Below are positions 30,591 to 41,400 of a stretch of 64,000 bases of DNA, piece by piece. The notes under the pieces were generated by a model. It was not told where the DNA came from, searched no databases, and saw nothing but the letters and a program-made list of their open reading frames with translations. A program made the position numbers and the translations under genes. Source of the stretch: Candidatus Enterousia sp. (GTDB lineage Bacteria > Pseudomonadota > Alphaproteobacteria > Rs-D84). Numbering within the stretch: the first letter of the stretch is position 1; each line of letters opens with the position of its first letter. The DNA is taken from assembly GCA_045613925.1 (NCBI GenBank), contig JAZLBV010000011.1:4069-68068 (forward strand). The letters are read 5' to 3'.

Positions 30591-30618
30591 AAAAGGCCGG
30601 TAAATACCGGCCTTTTTT
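30591..30618 (+). terminator. Terminator after mreB
   Basis: AAAAGGCCGGTA-AA-TACCGGCCTTTTTT. Confidence 0.85.
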
Positions 30619-30657
30619 ATTAGTTTTTTTAAAAAATAAGTTTTTAAGTGTTTTTAT

Positions 30658-30685
30658 TTGCAAATCCAAAATTTATTGCTATAAT
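30658..30685 (+). promoter_or_regulatory. sigma70-type promoter for tRNA-Val(GAC)-metG
   Basis: TTGCAA-16 bp-TATAAT. Confidence 0.6.
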
Positions 30686-30696
30686 GCGGTTGTTTT

Positions 30697-30773
30697 GGGT
30701 GGTTAGCTCAGTTGGTTAGAGCGTTACGTTGACATCGTAAAGGTCGTTGGTTCGAGTCCAATACCACCCACCA
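30697..30773 (+). tRNA. tRNA-Val (GAC)
   Basis: GGGTGGT..ACCACCC acceptor stem, TTACG-TTGACAT-CGTAA anticodon arm, CCA. Confidence 0.97.
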
Positions 30774-30788
30774 AAAAAGATAAAGAAC

Positions 30789-30864
30789 ATGAAACGAATG
30801 CAAATTTAATTTTGATAAAAAAATAAACGGGATTCATTGGACGCCCCGTTTGCGTCCATTTTTT
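30789..30864 (+). promoter_or_regulatory. Candidate metG attenuator: leader MKRMQI plus alternative hairpins
   Basis: ATG AAA CGA ATG CAA ATT TAA (30789-30809); AAACGGG/CCCGTTT competes with the terminator TGGACGC/GCGTCCA-TTTTTT. Confidence 0.5.
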
Positions 30865-30889
30865 ATAAAAAAACCAAGGAACAAATACA

Positions 30890-32512
30890 ATGGGACAAAA
30901 ATATCTTATAACTTCTGCATTACCATATATAAACGGTGTATTACATATTGGTCATTTGGTTGGCTGTTGGTTGCCAAGTGATGTATATGCCAGATTTTGC
31001 CGTGCCCTGGGTCGTGATGTTCTTTATATAGGTGGCGCTGATGAACATGGAACACCTGCGTTGGTTGGTGCTTTAAAAGAAAATATGCCCATACTAGAAT
31101 ATACTGATAAATATTATGAAAAACATTTGCGGGCTGTATCTGATTTTAATTTGTCTTTTGATTTATATGGACGAACACATACCCAATTACAGCAAGAATT
31201 AATTCACGATTTGTTTAAACGTTTGGAAGAACGTGGTTTGATTGAAGAACGCGAAACAATTCAACCGTTTTGTGTGGATGACGATATGTTCTTGGCAGAC
31301 AGACAATTAGAAGGCACTTGTCCGAAATGTGGTTATGACAAAGCACGTGGCGACCAATGCGATAATTGCAGTGCAACATACGAAGCCGATGAATTATTAA
31401 GCCCACGGTCTGCGATTTCTGGGTCAACCAATATCGAAATGCGAAAAACAAAAAACTTGTTTTTTATGGCCTCTAAGATAGAAAAAGACTGGCGAAAATG
31501 GTTATTGGAGCATGCACCAAAATGGTCTAAGACCGCTTCGGCTATTGCACAAGGTTGGGCTAATGAAGGTTTACGCGACACATCTATTACCCGTGATTTA
31601 AAATGGGGAATTCCTGTGAACAAACCAGGGTATGAAAACAAGGTTTTTTATGTATGGTTTGATGCACCGTGGGGTTATGTTTCTATATCCCAAGCCGCAA
31701 ATAAAGATTGGGAATCTTGGTGGAAAAATCCAGATTGTTTTTATGCACAATTTATGGGCAAAGACAATGTAAAATTCCATTCTGTATTTTTCCCAGAACA
31801 ACAATTAGCAATGGATGATAATTGGAAAACTGTGGATTTATTAAAATCTTTGAATTTCTTGAATTTCGAAGGCGGAAAAATTTCTAAATCAACAGGAAAC
31901 GGAATCTTTTTAGATAATGCGCTTGATATCGCACCAAGTGATTGTTGGCGATATGCACTGATGGCGTCAGCACCCGAAACAGACGACACAGATTTCACTA
32001 TGGCGCGTTTTGTCGATATTGTGAACAAAGATTTAAATGGTTTGCTTGGTAATTTTGTATCACGTGTTTGCAAATTAAGTGCTAAAAATTTCGGTGATGT
32101 TGTACCAAATGGTGGCGATATAGATCCTGAATTAGCAAATAAAATTAATGAAAAAATTGATGAATTAACAAATGCTTTGGAAAAATGCGAATTCAGAAAA
32201 TCTATTGTTGCACTGCGTGAAATTTACGGTATTGCAAATGAATATATGACCATCAAAGAGCCGTGGGCATTGGTTAAAAATGGTGATTTAGATGGTGCCG
32301 CATCTGCGTTAAACGAATGTTTTCAACTGATTGATTTATTCGCACGTGTGTCTGCACCGTTTATCCCAGATGCTGCCAACAAAATTCAAAATATATTTGA
32401 AATAAAACACGATTTTTCATGGCCAACAAAATACGAACACAGAATACAAAATGGCGAAAAATTCGTGGTTCCAGAAAATTTGTTTAATAGGCTTGAAATA
32501 AAAGAAGATTAA
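30890..32512 (+). CDS. metG: Methionine--tRNA ligase (short form, no C-terminal tRNA-binding domain)
   Basis: TSALPYINGVLHIGH, DEHGT, Zn knuckle CPKC..CDNC, YVWFDAP, KISKS. Confidence 0.95.
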   Translation: MGQKYLITSALPYINGVLHIGHLVGCWLPSDVYARFCRALGRDVLYIGGADEHGTPALVGALKENMPILEYTDKYYEKHLRAVSDFNLSFDLYGRTHTQLQQELIHDLFKRLEERGLIEERETIQPFCVDDDMFLADRQLEGTCPKCGYDKARGDQCDNCSATYEADELLSPRSAISGSTNIEMRKTKNLFFMASKIEKDWRKWLLEHAPKWSKTASAIAQGWANEGLRDTSITRDLKWGIPVNKPGYENKVFYVWFDAPWGYVSISQAANKDWESWWKNPDCFYAQFMGKDNVKFHSVFFPEQQLAMDDNWKTVDLLKSLNFLNFEGGKISKSTGNGIFLDNALDIAPSDCWRYALMASAPETDDTDFTMARFVDIVNKDLNGLLGNFVSRVCKLSAKNFGDVVPNGGDIDPELANKINEKIDELTNALEKCEFRKSIVALREIYGIANEYMTIKEPWALVKNGDLDGAASALNECFQLIDLFARVSAPFIPDAANKIQNIFEIKHDFSWPTKYEHRIQNGEKFVVPENLFNRLEIKED

Positions 32513-32514
32513 AT

Positions 32515-32952
32515 ATGAAAAAGAAACGAAACCCAAGAATTGATATAGATTATACAGATTTTTCCTGTACACAAATTAATTTAAATGATGGTTGTGTAGA
32601 TGAATTCACAATAAAAAATTGGCGCGATTTTACTAATTATGCTAAATTATTAACAGCCCCTGTTGAAATCAAAGCGCACTATCAAAAGCATTTTATTGAT
32701 TTATGGCAGGGACGCGGAGATGAAGATTCGCCACACCCAATTATACATACAATTAACAAAAATCTGGAATTTGTGATTGTTGCTGACAAACAAGAATTCA
32801 ATGCTGTTTTTGCAAAAACAAATACTAAATACGACGGTTTGGTTGTAAACAAGAAAATACATATAATTTTACCAAAACAAACAGATACTATTGATTATAC
32901 AATTTATGCCTATTTTAATAGAATAGAGATACCAACTAGAAATGGTCGATAA
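32515..32952 (+). CDS. Hypothetical protein
   Basis: 145-aa ORF tightly packed between metG and queH; no recognised motif. Confidence 0.6.
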   Translation: MKKKRNPRIDIDYTDFSCTQINLNDGCVDEFTIKNWRDFTNYAKLLTAPVEIKAHYQKHFIDLWQGRGDEDSPHPIIHTINKNLEFVIVADKQEFNAVFAKTNTKYDGLVVNKKIHIILPKQTDTIDYTIYAYFNRIEIPTRNGR

Positions 32953-33481
32953 AATAAAATTGGTTTTAATGTCTTGTTGTGCACCATGTTCGTGCGGCGC
33001 AATTAAACAACTTGCAGACGGGGAAATTCCCGGCATAGACGATTTTATTGTCATGTTTTTTAATCCAAATATTTTTCCAGATAGCGAATATCAAAAGCGT
33101 TTACAAGAACAAATAAAATACTGTGAAAAATTGGGTGTGAAATATGTTGTTGGCGATTACAATCACGATGCTTGGCGTGATTATGTGCGCGGATTAGAAA
33201 ACGAACCCGAACGTGGTGCACGATGCAGTAAATGTTTCGCATATCGTTTTTGTTTCGCACGCGATTGGGCAATAAAAAATGGTTTTAATGCAATTGCATC
33301 TGTGTTTGGTGTATCTCGACACAAAGATCAATCTCAGGTCGATTGTGCTGCAGAAACATCCTGTGGTGATATAAAATATTTGCCAATAAAATGGGATGAA
33401 AAATTACGCAACAAAATCAACCGTGAATCTGAATTTTACAGACAAAATTATTGCGGTTGTGAATTTTCAGTGCGTAAATAG
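32942..33481 (+). CDS. queH: Epoxyqueuosine reductase QueH (DUF208)
   Basis: CCAPCS, NPNI.P..EY.KR, EPERG.RC..C...R, YRQNYCGC.FS. Confidence 0.92.
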   Translation: MVDKIKLVLMSCCAPCSCGAIKQLADGEIPGIDDFIVMFFNPNIFPDSEYQKRLQEQIKYCEKLGVKYVVGDYNHDAWRDYVRGLENEPERGARCSKCFAYRFCFARDWAIKNGFNAIASVFGVSRHKDQSQVDCAAETSCGDIKYLPIKWDEKLRNKINRESEFYRQNYCGCEFSVRK

Positions 33482-33556
33482 TAGTTTATGCATAATAATT
33501 TGATTTTTGCTTTTAATTTTCTATAATTTATGGGGTAAAATAAAAAAAGGACAAAT

Positions 33557-34432
33557 ATGTCATCTATACTTGTTTTTCCAGGCCAGGGTTCACAAACTGT
33601 CGGTATGGGGCGCGAATTGTATGAAAACAATGCAGATGCACGCGCTGTGTTTGACGAAGTGGACGATGCTTTGAATGAAAAATTATCAGATATTATTTTT
33701 AATGGGACAATGGATGATTTAACACTTACCCGCAATGTACAGCCTGCAATTATGGCAACATCTATTGCAATGTTTCGTGCAGCTAAGGTACCGCTTAGCG
33801 AATATGTTGCTGGACATTCATTGGGTGAATATACTGCACTGTGTGCGGCGGGCGCGTTGTCGTTGAAAGATACTGCAAAATTATTGCGCTTGCGTGGAGA
33901 TGCTATGCAACGCGCTGTACCGGTTGGACAGGGGTTAACCGCAGTCATTTTAGGATTGGACATAGATGTTGTTCGTGATATTTGTGCACAAACAGATTGT
34001 GATGTTGCAAATGACAACTCTCCGGGTCAGGTTGTAATTTCTGGTGCACGCGACGTTGTTGAAAAAACAATGGAAATGGCGCGTGATGCAGGGGCAAAAC
34101 GTGCTTTGCCGTTGGCATTATCTGTGCCTGTACATTGCAGAATTCAAGAACCTGCGGCAGAAGAAATGCGCGAAGCGTTGGAAAAAACAATTATAAATAA
34201 CCCAAATGCAAAATTGATTTCAAATAAAACATGCAGTCCTATATCAGATGCAAACGAAATTCGCGAAACATTGGTATATCAAATGACACATGGTGTTCGC
34301 TGGCGCGAAAGTGTGTTAGAGATGCAAAAAATTGGTATAGATGAAACGATAGAGGTTGGACCTGGGGCGGTTTTAACAGGTTTGATAAAACGTATTTGTC
34401 CCGACATGAACGCAATTAAGTTAGAGGTATAA
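33557..34432 (+). CDS. fabD: Malonyl-CoA:ACP transacylase
   Basis: FPGQGSQ, QPAI, GHSLGEY, NDNSPGQVVISG, VRW.E. Confidence 0.95.
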   Translation: MSSILVFPGQGSQTVGMGRELYENNADARAVFDEVDDALNEKLSDIIFNGTMDDLTLTRNVQPAIMATSIAMFRAAKVPLSEYVAGHSLGEYTALCAAGALSLKDTAKLLRLRGDAMQRAVPVGQGLTAVILGLDIDVVRDICAQTDCDVANDNSPGQVVISGARDVVEKTMEMARDAGAKRALPLALSVPVHCRIQEPAAEEMREALEKTIINNPNAKLISNKTCSPISDANEIRETLVYQMTHGVRWRESVLEMQKIGIDETIEVGPGAVLTGLIKRICPDMNAIKLEV

Positions 34433-34435
34433 ATA

Positions 34436-34723
34436 ATGAAAAAGAATAGACGTTCAAAAAACAAACGCGACTGGTATTACAATGGTAAAATTGCTGGTGG
34501 TTATTCATTAAACCGAAATCCGCGTGGCGTATTGTTTGAACCAGTGGAGAATATGGAAATAATTGATGCAGCCAAGGCAGCATATCATCTTGCGTTGCAT
34601 CATAAAATAGATGTTGTAATGAATTTTAATGGGGTCAAATTAAACGTCACTTGTCAAAATGGGGCAAAGCCAGAAAACATCGCCAAAAAATATTATAAAT
34701 TCTGTAATAACAAAACAAGATAA
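34436..34723 (+). CDS. Small basic hypothetical protein
   Basis: 95-aa ORF with GAGG RBS, between fabD and fabG. Confidence 0.55.
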   Translation: MKKNRRSKNKRDWYYNGKIAGGYSLNRNPRGVLFEPVENMEIIDAAKAAYHLALHHKIDVVMNFNGVKLNVTCQNGAKPENIAKKYYKFCNNKTR

Positions 34724-34742
34724 GAAAACAAAGGAAACAAAA

Positions 34743-35471
34743 ATGTTCAATTTAAAAGATAAAGTTGTTTTAATAACTGGCGCAACTGGTGGAATTGGCG
34801 GTGAAATTGCTAAACAGATGAAAAATGCGGGGGCAACAGTTGTTGTTTCTGGGCGCGGAATTGATAAGTTAAATTCTGAATTTGATGACGGTTTTATAAA
34901 AATAGCATCTGATTTATCAACAGATGGTGCAACCGAAAAATTAATTGCGGATACAATTGAACGCACAGGTCGCATAGATGTTTTAATCAACAATGCCGGA
35001 ATTACCGCAGATACATTGATGATGCGAATGTCAGATGAACAATTTGACAATGTTATAAATGTTAATTTGCGCGCAACGTTTAAATTATGTCGGGCAGTAT
35101 TGATGCCTATGATGAAACAACGTTTTGGACGTATAATAAATATGGCATCGATTATCGGTACTATTGGTGGCCCGGGTCAGGCAAATTATGCCGCATCAAA
35201 GGGCGGAATGATTGCAATGACTAAATCCATAGCGGCCGAAGTTGCTTCGCGTGGAATCACTGCAAATTGCATTGCCCCAGGTTTTATAAAAACACCTATG
35301 ACTGATGTATTGCCAGATGAATTAAAGAAAACTTATTTATCACAAATACCGGCTGGACGTTTTGGGGAACCGATTGATATTGCAAACACTTGCGTGTTTT
35401 TGGCATCCGACGAAGCGTCATATATCAATGGTCAAACAATCCACGTAAACGGCGGAATAGGGAGGTTTTAA
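34743..35471 (+). CDS. fabG: 3-oxoacyl-ACP reductase
   Basis: TGATGGIG, NNAGIT.D, YAASK, AAGGA RBS before MFNL. Confidence 0.93.
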   Translation: MFNLKDKVVLITGATGGIGGEIAKQMKNAGATVVVSGRGIDKLNSEFDDGFIKIASDLSTDGATEKLIADTIERTGRIDVLINNAGITADTLMMRMSDEQFDNVINVNLRATFKLCRAVLMPMMKQRFGRIINMASIIGTIGGPGQANYAASKGGMIAMTKSIAAEVASRGITANCIAPGFIKTPMTDVLPDELKKTYLSQIPAGRFGEPIDIANTCVFLASDEASYINGQTIHVNGGIGRF

Positions 35472-35473
35472 TT

Positions 35474-36028
35474 ATGAAACCACAAGAATTTAAAATACTA
35501 AAGACTAAAAATTTAAAATTAAAACCACTGGTTGCAACATTCAAATTTGCAAATGAATTATTTGATATTATTGATACTAACCGGGATTTTTTCAAATATA
35601 TGCCCTGGGCAGATGTAGAAAAACCAGAACAGGAATTTGTTTATTTACGCGATTCAGAAAAGGGCTGGAAAAATAATACCAAGGCCAATTATGGTTTATT
35701 TCTGCACGATAGTGAAGATTTTGTTGGCGTTTGTGGGATGTTCAACATAAATTGGGAAAACGAAAGTGGTGAAATCGGGTATTGGATGAATCCAAAATAC
35801 GCAGGCAAAGGTTTTATGAGCGAAGCTGTTAATGCTATTTCTTCTGAATTCCTGAACATAGGGTTTAAACGTATTGTAATATTGGCAAATCCGGAAAACA
35901 TTGCTTCGTGTAAAGTCGCCGAAAAATGCGGTTTTGAACGCGAAGGTATTATGCGCAGTTATGATTTTTTGCCTGTTTTGAATAAACGCGAAGATATTGT
36001 GTTATACGCGAAAATAAACGAAAAATAG
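35474..36028 (+). CDS. GNAT acetyltransferase, RimJ/RimL family
   Basis: EIGYW.NPKYAGKGFMSEA, N.ASCKVAEKCGF..EG. Confidence 0.88.
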   Translation: MKPQEFKILKTKNLKLKPLVATFKFANELFDIIDTNRDFFKYMPWADVEKPEQEFVYLRDSEKGWKNNTKANYGLFLHDSEDFVGVCGMFNINWENESGEIGYWMNPKYAGKGFMSEAVNAISSEFLNIGFKRIVILANPENIASCKVAEKCGFEREGIMRSYDFLPVLNKREDIVLYAKINEK

Positions 36029-37681
36029 ATGCAAGAATTTGATGTTATTGTTATTGGTGGTGGACACGCGGGTGTTGAAGCAGCAACCGCATCTGCGCGA
36101 CGTGGGGCAAAAACACTGTTATTAACAATGCGTGAAAGTGATATAGGTGCAATGTCGTGTAATCCATCTATTGGTGGGCCCGGAAAATCGCAAATGGTTG
36201 CCGAAATGGCCGCATTTGGGGGTGTTATGCCGTGTGCGGCGGATTCTGCAGGAATTCATTGGCGAACATTGAATGCAACGCACGGGGCGGCAACCCAGGC
36301 TTTGCGTGCACAGATTGATAGAAATTTTTATCATAATGCGGTAATGAAAATTTTAGAAAACACCGGTAATTTGACGGTAATTTTTGAAAAAGTCATCGAT
36401 TTAGATATTGAAAAAAAATCTGTTAATAAAAAATATACTGCAAAATCGTTGGTGTTAACAACCGGGACTTTTCTGTGGGGGCTTGTCACGCGCGGAAATG
36501 AAAAAATTGAATCTGGGCGTTTAATGGACGATGGAAAATATCAAGAAAATGATACGGTGATATCAAAAATTCTTAAAAAGGCCGGCTTTGAACTGTTGCG
36601 GTTAAAGACGGGAACACCTGCACGAATTTATCGCGATAGTATTGATTTTAGGGTTTGTGAAGAACAACCCGGTGATTTTCCACACGATTGGTTTGGTGTG
36701 GGGGACGATAAAAACACATATAATGACAAATGTTTCATCACGCATACGAATGAAAAAACACATGAAATTATTCGGGAAAATATAAAAAACGCACCTATGT
36801 ATAACGGCGATATCAGGGGGCTGGGTCCGCGTTATTGTCCGTCTTTGGAAGATAAAGTAATGCGTTTTCCAGAACACACTTCACACCACGTGTTCTTAGA
36901 ACCCGAAGGTTTCAACAGCGATTTAATTTATCCAAACGGTATATCAACCAGTTTTGGTTCGGATATTCAAGATATTTGGATACGGACTATTCCTGGGTTA
37001 GAAAACGCCCGCATAGCGCGATATGGATACGCGATTGAATATGATGCAATTGATGCACGAAAATTAAAAACTACACTGGAATCAAAAGATATACCAGGGC
37101 TTTTTTTTGCGGGACAAATCAATGGAACATCTGGATACGAAGAAGCTGCAGCCCAAGGTCTGGTTGCTGGGGCAAATGCCGCTGCGTATGCATTAAATGT
37201 TGCACCATTGGTTTTAGATAGAACAAATTCTATGATTGGTGTTTTGATTGATGATATAACAACATTGGGGGTTGACGAACCATATCGTATGTTCACCTCT
37301 CGGGCAGAATACAGATTAAACCTGCGCGCAGATAATGCAATATTCAGATTGGGCTATACGGCACAATCTCTGGGATTGATAGATTCAGAAACATTTGAAA
37401 AAATAAAAAACATACGTGAAAAAGTTACCATAGAAAATGACAAATTTTATGCAGGTTATATATCACGTAATGAACGCGAAATTGAAAACTATAAAAAAGA
37501 TGCCGAATTAAAAATCCCACACGATTTTGATTATAAATCTATGCCGGGTTTAACAAACGAATTGGTTGAAAAATTAACAAAAACACGTCCTGAAAATATC
37601 GCCGCTTTATCACGAATTCCGGGTATGACACCGGCTGGAATTATTGTTGTTTTACGCAAAATAAAATGTGGAAATAAATAA
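36029..37681 (+). CDS. mnmG: tRNA uridine-5-carboxymethylaminomethyl modification enzyme MnmG (GidA)
   Basis: [67 protein letters not shown]. Confidence 0.95.
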   Translation: MQEFDVIVIGGGHAGVEAATASARRGAKTLLLTMRESDIGAMSCNPSIGGPGKSQMVAEMAAFGGVMPCAADSAGIHWRTLNATHGAATQALRAQIDRNFYHNAVMKILENTGNLTVIFEKVIDLDIEKKSVNKKYTAKSLVLTTGTFLWGLVTRGNEKIESGRLMDDGKYQENDTVISKILKKAGFELLRLKTGTPARIYRDSIDFRVCEEQPGDFPHDWFGVGDDKNTYNDKCFITHTNEKTHEIIRENIKNAPMYNGDIRGLGPRYCPSLEDKVMRFPEHTSHHVFLEPEGFNSDLIYPNGISTSFGSDIQDIWIRTIPGLENARIARYGYAIEYDAIDARKLKTTLESKDIPGLFFAGQINGTSGYEEAAAQGLVAGANAAAYALNVAPLVLDRTNSMIGVLIDDITTLGVDEPYRMFTSRAEYRLNLRADNAIFRLGYTAQSLGLIDSETFEKIKNIREKVTIENDKFYAGYISRNEREIENYKKDAELKIPHDFDYKSMPGLTNELVEKLTKTRPENIAALSRIPGMTPAGIIVVLRKIKCGNK

Positions 37682-37708
37682 AAATATGTATTAAGATTCC
37701 TGCAAGTT

Positions 37709-37784
37709 GCCGGTTTAGCTCAGCTGGTAGAGCATCTCATTCGTAATGAGGGGGTCGTAGGTTCAAGTCCTATAACCGGCACCA
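37709..37784 (+). tRNA. tRNA-Thr (CGT)
   Basis: GCCGGTT..AACCGGC acceptor stem, TCTCA-TTCGTAA-TGAGG anticodon arm, CCA. Confidence 0.95.
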
Positions 37785-37793
37785 GAAAATTTC

Positions 37794-38468
37794 TTATATT
37801 TTTTTATCTGATGAATTACACCATTTTGAAACCGGACAGTTTGCACAATTTGGATGCAGAGCTTTACACGTATAACGACCATGCAGAACCATTGTATGAT
37901 TTGTTATTGCATGATATTTTTTGGGGATTATTTTAAGCAGTTTTTCTTCGACCCGTTCCGGGGTGTTATCGTTTTCATCACACCAATTAAAACGATGTGA
38001 AAGCCGGAAAACATGTGTATCAACACCTATGTTCGGCGCATTCCAAAGCACGTTCATTATAACGTTTGCCGTTTTTTGTCCCACACCTGGCAATTTCATT
38101 AATTCATGTCGCGTGTGATATTTTGTCGGAAATTTATAATTTATATCATCGCTGTTTTCATCTTTTAATTGTTGGGACAGGGCGATAATCGATTTTGCTT
38201 TATTATTAAAAAAAGATATTACTTTGATGTGTTTTTTTAATCCGTCCAATCCCAATGTCAACATTTTATCGGGCGTTGGCGCAATACGAAAAAGTTCGGG
38301 GGTAACTTCATTCACTTTTTTATCAGTGGCCTGGGCTGACAAAATCACCGCCACAGCAAATGTAAATTCATTTGTCGAATATAACTCTGACCGGATGTTC
38401 ATATTCAATGTTGGACAAACATTTTCAAAATAAACATCCGGTGTAAGAGTTATTTTTTGTTTACGCAT
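37794..38468 (-). CDS. nth: Endonuclease III
   Basis: LSAQATDKKVN, HhH LPGVGQKTANV, VDTHV.R, C-x6-C-x2-C-x5-C Fe-S motif. Confidence 0.95.
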   Translation of the reverse strand: MRKQKITLTPDVYFENVCPTLNMNIRSELYSTNEFTFAVAVILSAQATDKKVNEVTPELFRIAPTPDKMLTLGLDGLKKHIKVISFFNNKAKSIIALSQQLKDENSDDINYKFPTKYHTRHELMKLPGVGQKTANVIMNVLWNAPNIGVDTHVFRLSHRFNWCDENDNTPERVEEKLLKIIPKKYHAITNHTMVLHGRYTCKALHPNCANCPVSKWCNSSDKKI

Positions 38469-41400
38469 TTACTTTTTCAATATTTATAGATATATCGTAT
38501 TCTTCAATTTTATCAGAATATTGATTGGCATTGCCAAAGTTCATTTCAACGATTAACGCTTCGTGCATAAGGTATTTTTTATGCAACTCTATTGCATCGC
38601 GCAAGGCAGAATCCGCCGTATAGGTCAATTTTATTCTGTCTGAAACATCCAGATTCGCCGCTTTGCGTGAATCTTGGATAAAGCGTTTTACTTCATTGGC
38701 CAAACCTTCGGCAAAAAGTTCTGAATTAATCTCTATATTCAAAACTACAACCGCGGTGTTATCAGGTAATGTTGCGCCAGTTATACCTTCTTTGATAGTC
38801 AAACGATTTTCAAATTCGTCGCCATTCAAAGTATATTCGCCAACAATTAATTTATCATTTTCAATTTTATAATCACCACGTTTTACCATTGGGACTATAT
38901 CTTTCAAAGCACCACCCAGACGCGCGCCAATTTTTGGTGTGATTAAATATACAAAAGAATCAGCAACTTCATTTATATTTTCAACAAATTTGATTTCTTT
39001 GACATTTAATTCATCGCGGATAATATCGCTATATTCGCGCATATCAACATCCGCAATTGTTGCGTCTTGCAAAGGCAAACGATTACGCAATTTATATTGT
39101 TCGCGCAACTGTTTCCCAGTAGATACTATCATTTGAACACGACGCATATCGTTCACTGTTTTTGTGTCAATATCGCCAGCCGTTGGCCAATCTTCAAGAT
39201 GTACAGATTCTTTGCCTGTTAAATTTTTGAATATGTATTCAGAAATAAACGGTGCAAATGGTGCCAAAACCTTACAAAATGTCGTCAAAACATAGTGCAA
39301 TGTTTCAAATGCACTTTCATCTTCATCCCAAAAGCGGTCGCGATTACGACGAATGTACCAATTATTTAAGACGTCTAAGAATCGTACAAATTCTTTGACT
39401 GCTATATCTGGTTTGTATTCATTCAGCGCATTTGTTGTTGTGTTTATCAAATCGTTCAATTCAGACACTATGTATTTATCAAGCAAATTATCCAATTGCG
39501 GCGCACGCGATACAGTAATATTCGCAGCATTCGCATATAAAGTAAAGAAATGATATGCATTCCAAAGCGGTGTTAATATTGTTTTGATTGTATCATTAAA
39601 AACACGACCTTCTTTGTCTATGCCAACAGATTCAGCCTTCATAAAATTGCTGCCCTGGATAAACAAACGAATTGCATCTGCACCGTATGTTTCTATTTGT
39701 TCACTTGGGTCAACATAGTTATGCAAAGATTTAGAAAACTTTCTTTTTTGTTCATCGCAAATCATACCATTTGCAGACACAACCTTGAACGCAGGTTTAT
39801 CAAACAAAGCAACTGCGATAACCATCAAAGAATAAAACCATCCGCGTGTTTGATCTTGACCTTCGATAATATAATCAGCAGGGAAGGTTGCTTCGAATTT
39901 ATCTTTGTTTTCAAACGGGTAATGCAAGGATGCAAACGGCATAGAACCACTTTCCACCCAACAATCCAAAACATCAGTTATACGATGCCAACCATCTTTT
40001 GTTAAATTATCTAATGTTGGACGATGTAAATCTTTGATTTCAACACCAAAGAAATCTTGCATTTCTTTGATAGACCCAAATACTTTGTATTCACCATCTT
40101 TTTCCCAAATTGGTAATGGAACACCCCAGAATCTATTTCTTGATATTCCCCACGGACGTGCGTTTTCTATCCAGGCCAAAAATCTGTTTCCCGCAGACGT
40201 CCAATTTGTTTGTGTTTTTGTTATCTCTACCAGACGTTCCCGCACTTTTGGAACATCAATATACCAGGCATCAGTTGCACGGTATATCAATTTTTCTTTG
40301 CTGCGTGGACCAAAAGGATAACTGTGTTTGTGTTGATCTTTTTTAACCAATAAACCGTTCGCACGCAAATAATCTATGATTTTTGGATTTGCCACAAATA
40401 TATTTTCACCAGCCCAATCTTTCACAGTGTTATCAAAATTACCATAATCATCAACATTCAATATGATTGGGAATTTTGGATCTATGGCCTTAGCAACAAA
40501 ATAATCATCTTCACCATATGCCGGTGCAATATGAACAATACCCGTACCATCAGAATCACTGACATAATCACCAGGGATTATTTGATATAATAAATCACTT
40601 GTTCCTTCATAGTAATTGAATAATGGTTTATAATGCATACCGACCAATTCAGAACCCTTGACTGTTCCCAAATTTTCTGATGTTGCAAATATTTTTTCAT
40701 AAGCCTTTAATCTGGATTCAGCCAAAACATAAACATGGCCGTCATCGTGTTTCATACGAACATAAGTCATATTCGGATTTACCGCCAACGCAGAATTCGC
40801 AGGTAATGTCCAAGGTGTAGTTGTCCAGGCAATAGCTCTGTCGCCATTTTGTAATTCAAACCAAACCGTCACAGTATCATCAACAATATCTTGGTATTCG
40901 GATGATGCTTCGGAATTAGAAAGCACTGTCCCCAATTTCCAATCAAATGGATTTACTTTGAAATCTTTATAAAGTAATCCCTGGTCATATAATTGTTTTA
41001 AACCCCAGATTACAGATTCCATATAATTAGTATCCATGGTACGATATCCAAAATCGTCACCGCCATCAACCCAACGACCTATGCGTTCTATATAACGCAA
41101 CCATTCATTAGTATATGTCAAAACATCGCTTTTACACATATCACAAAAAGTAGATATACCATCATTTGCAACAATATCTTTGGCACTACGATTTTGTTTC
41201 TTTTCAACACTATTTTCAGCCGGTAATCCGTGGCAATCCCAACCAAGTTCGCGTTCAACATAATTACCACACATCGTTTGAAAACGAGAAACCATATCTT
41301 TAATCGCAGAAACACCCAAATGCCCCCAATGTGGCAAACCGTTTCCGAACGGTGGACCGTCATAAAAACTGAACGGATGCCCCTGTTTAGTCTTGTTCAA

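Noticed and set aside
30774-30889. T-box riboswitch before metG (also checked before ileS and pheS)
   Set aside because: No T-box consensus (AAGGTGGNACC-like) and the leaders are far too short for a specifier stem
33448-34017. 189-aa minus-strand ORF
   Set aside because: Antisense shadow of fabD
37784-37794. Integration site at tRNA-Thr(CGT)
   Set aside because: Flanked directly by core genes mnmG and nth; no integrase or duplicated 3' end
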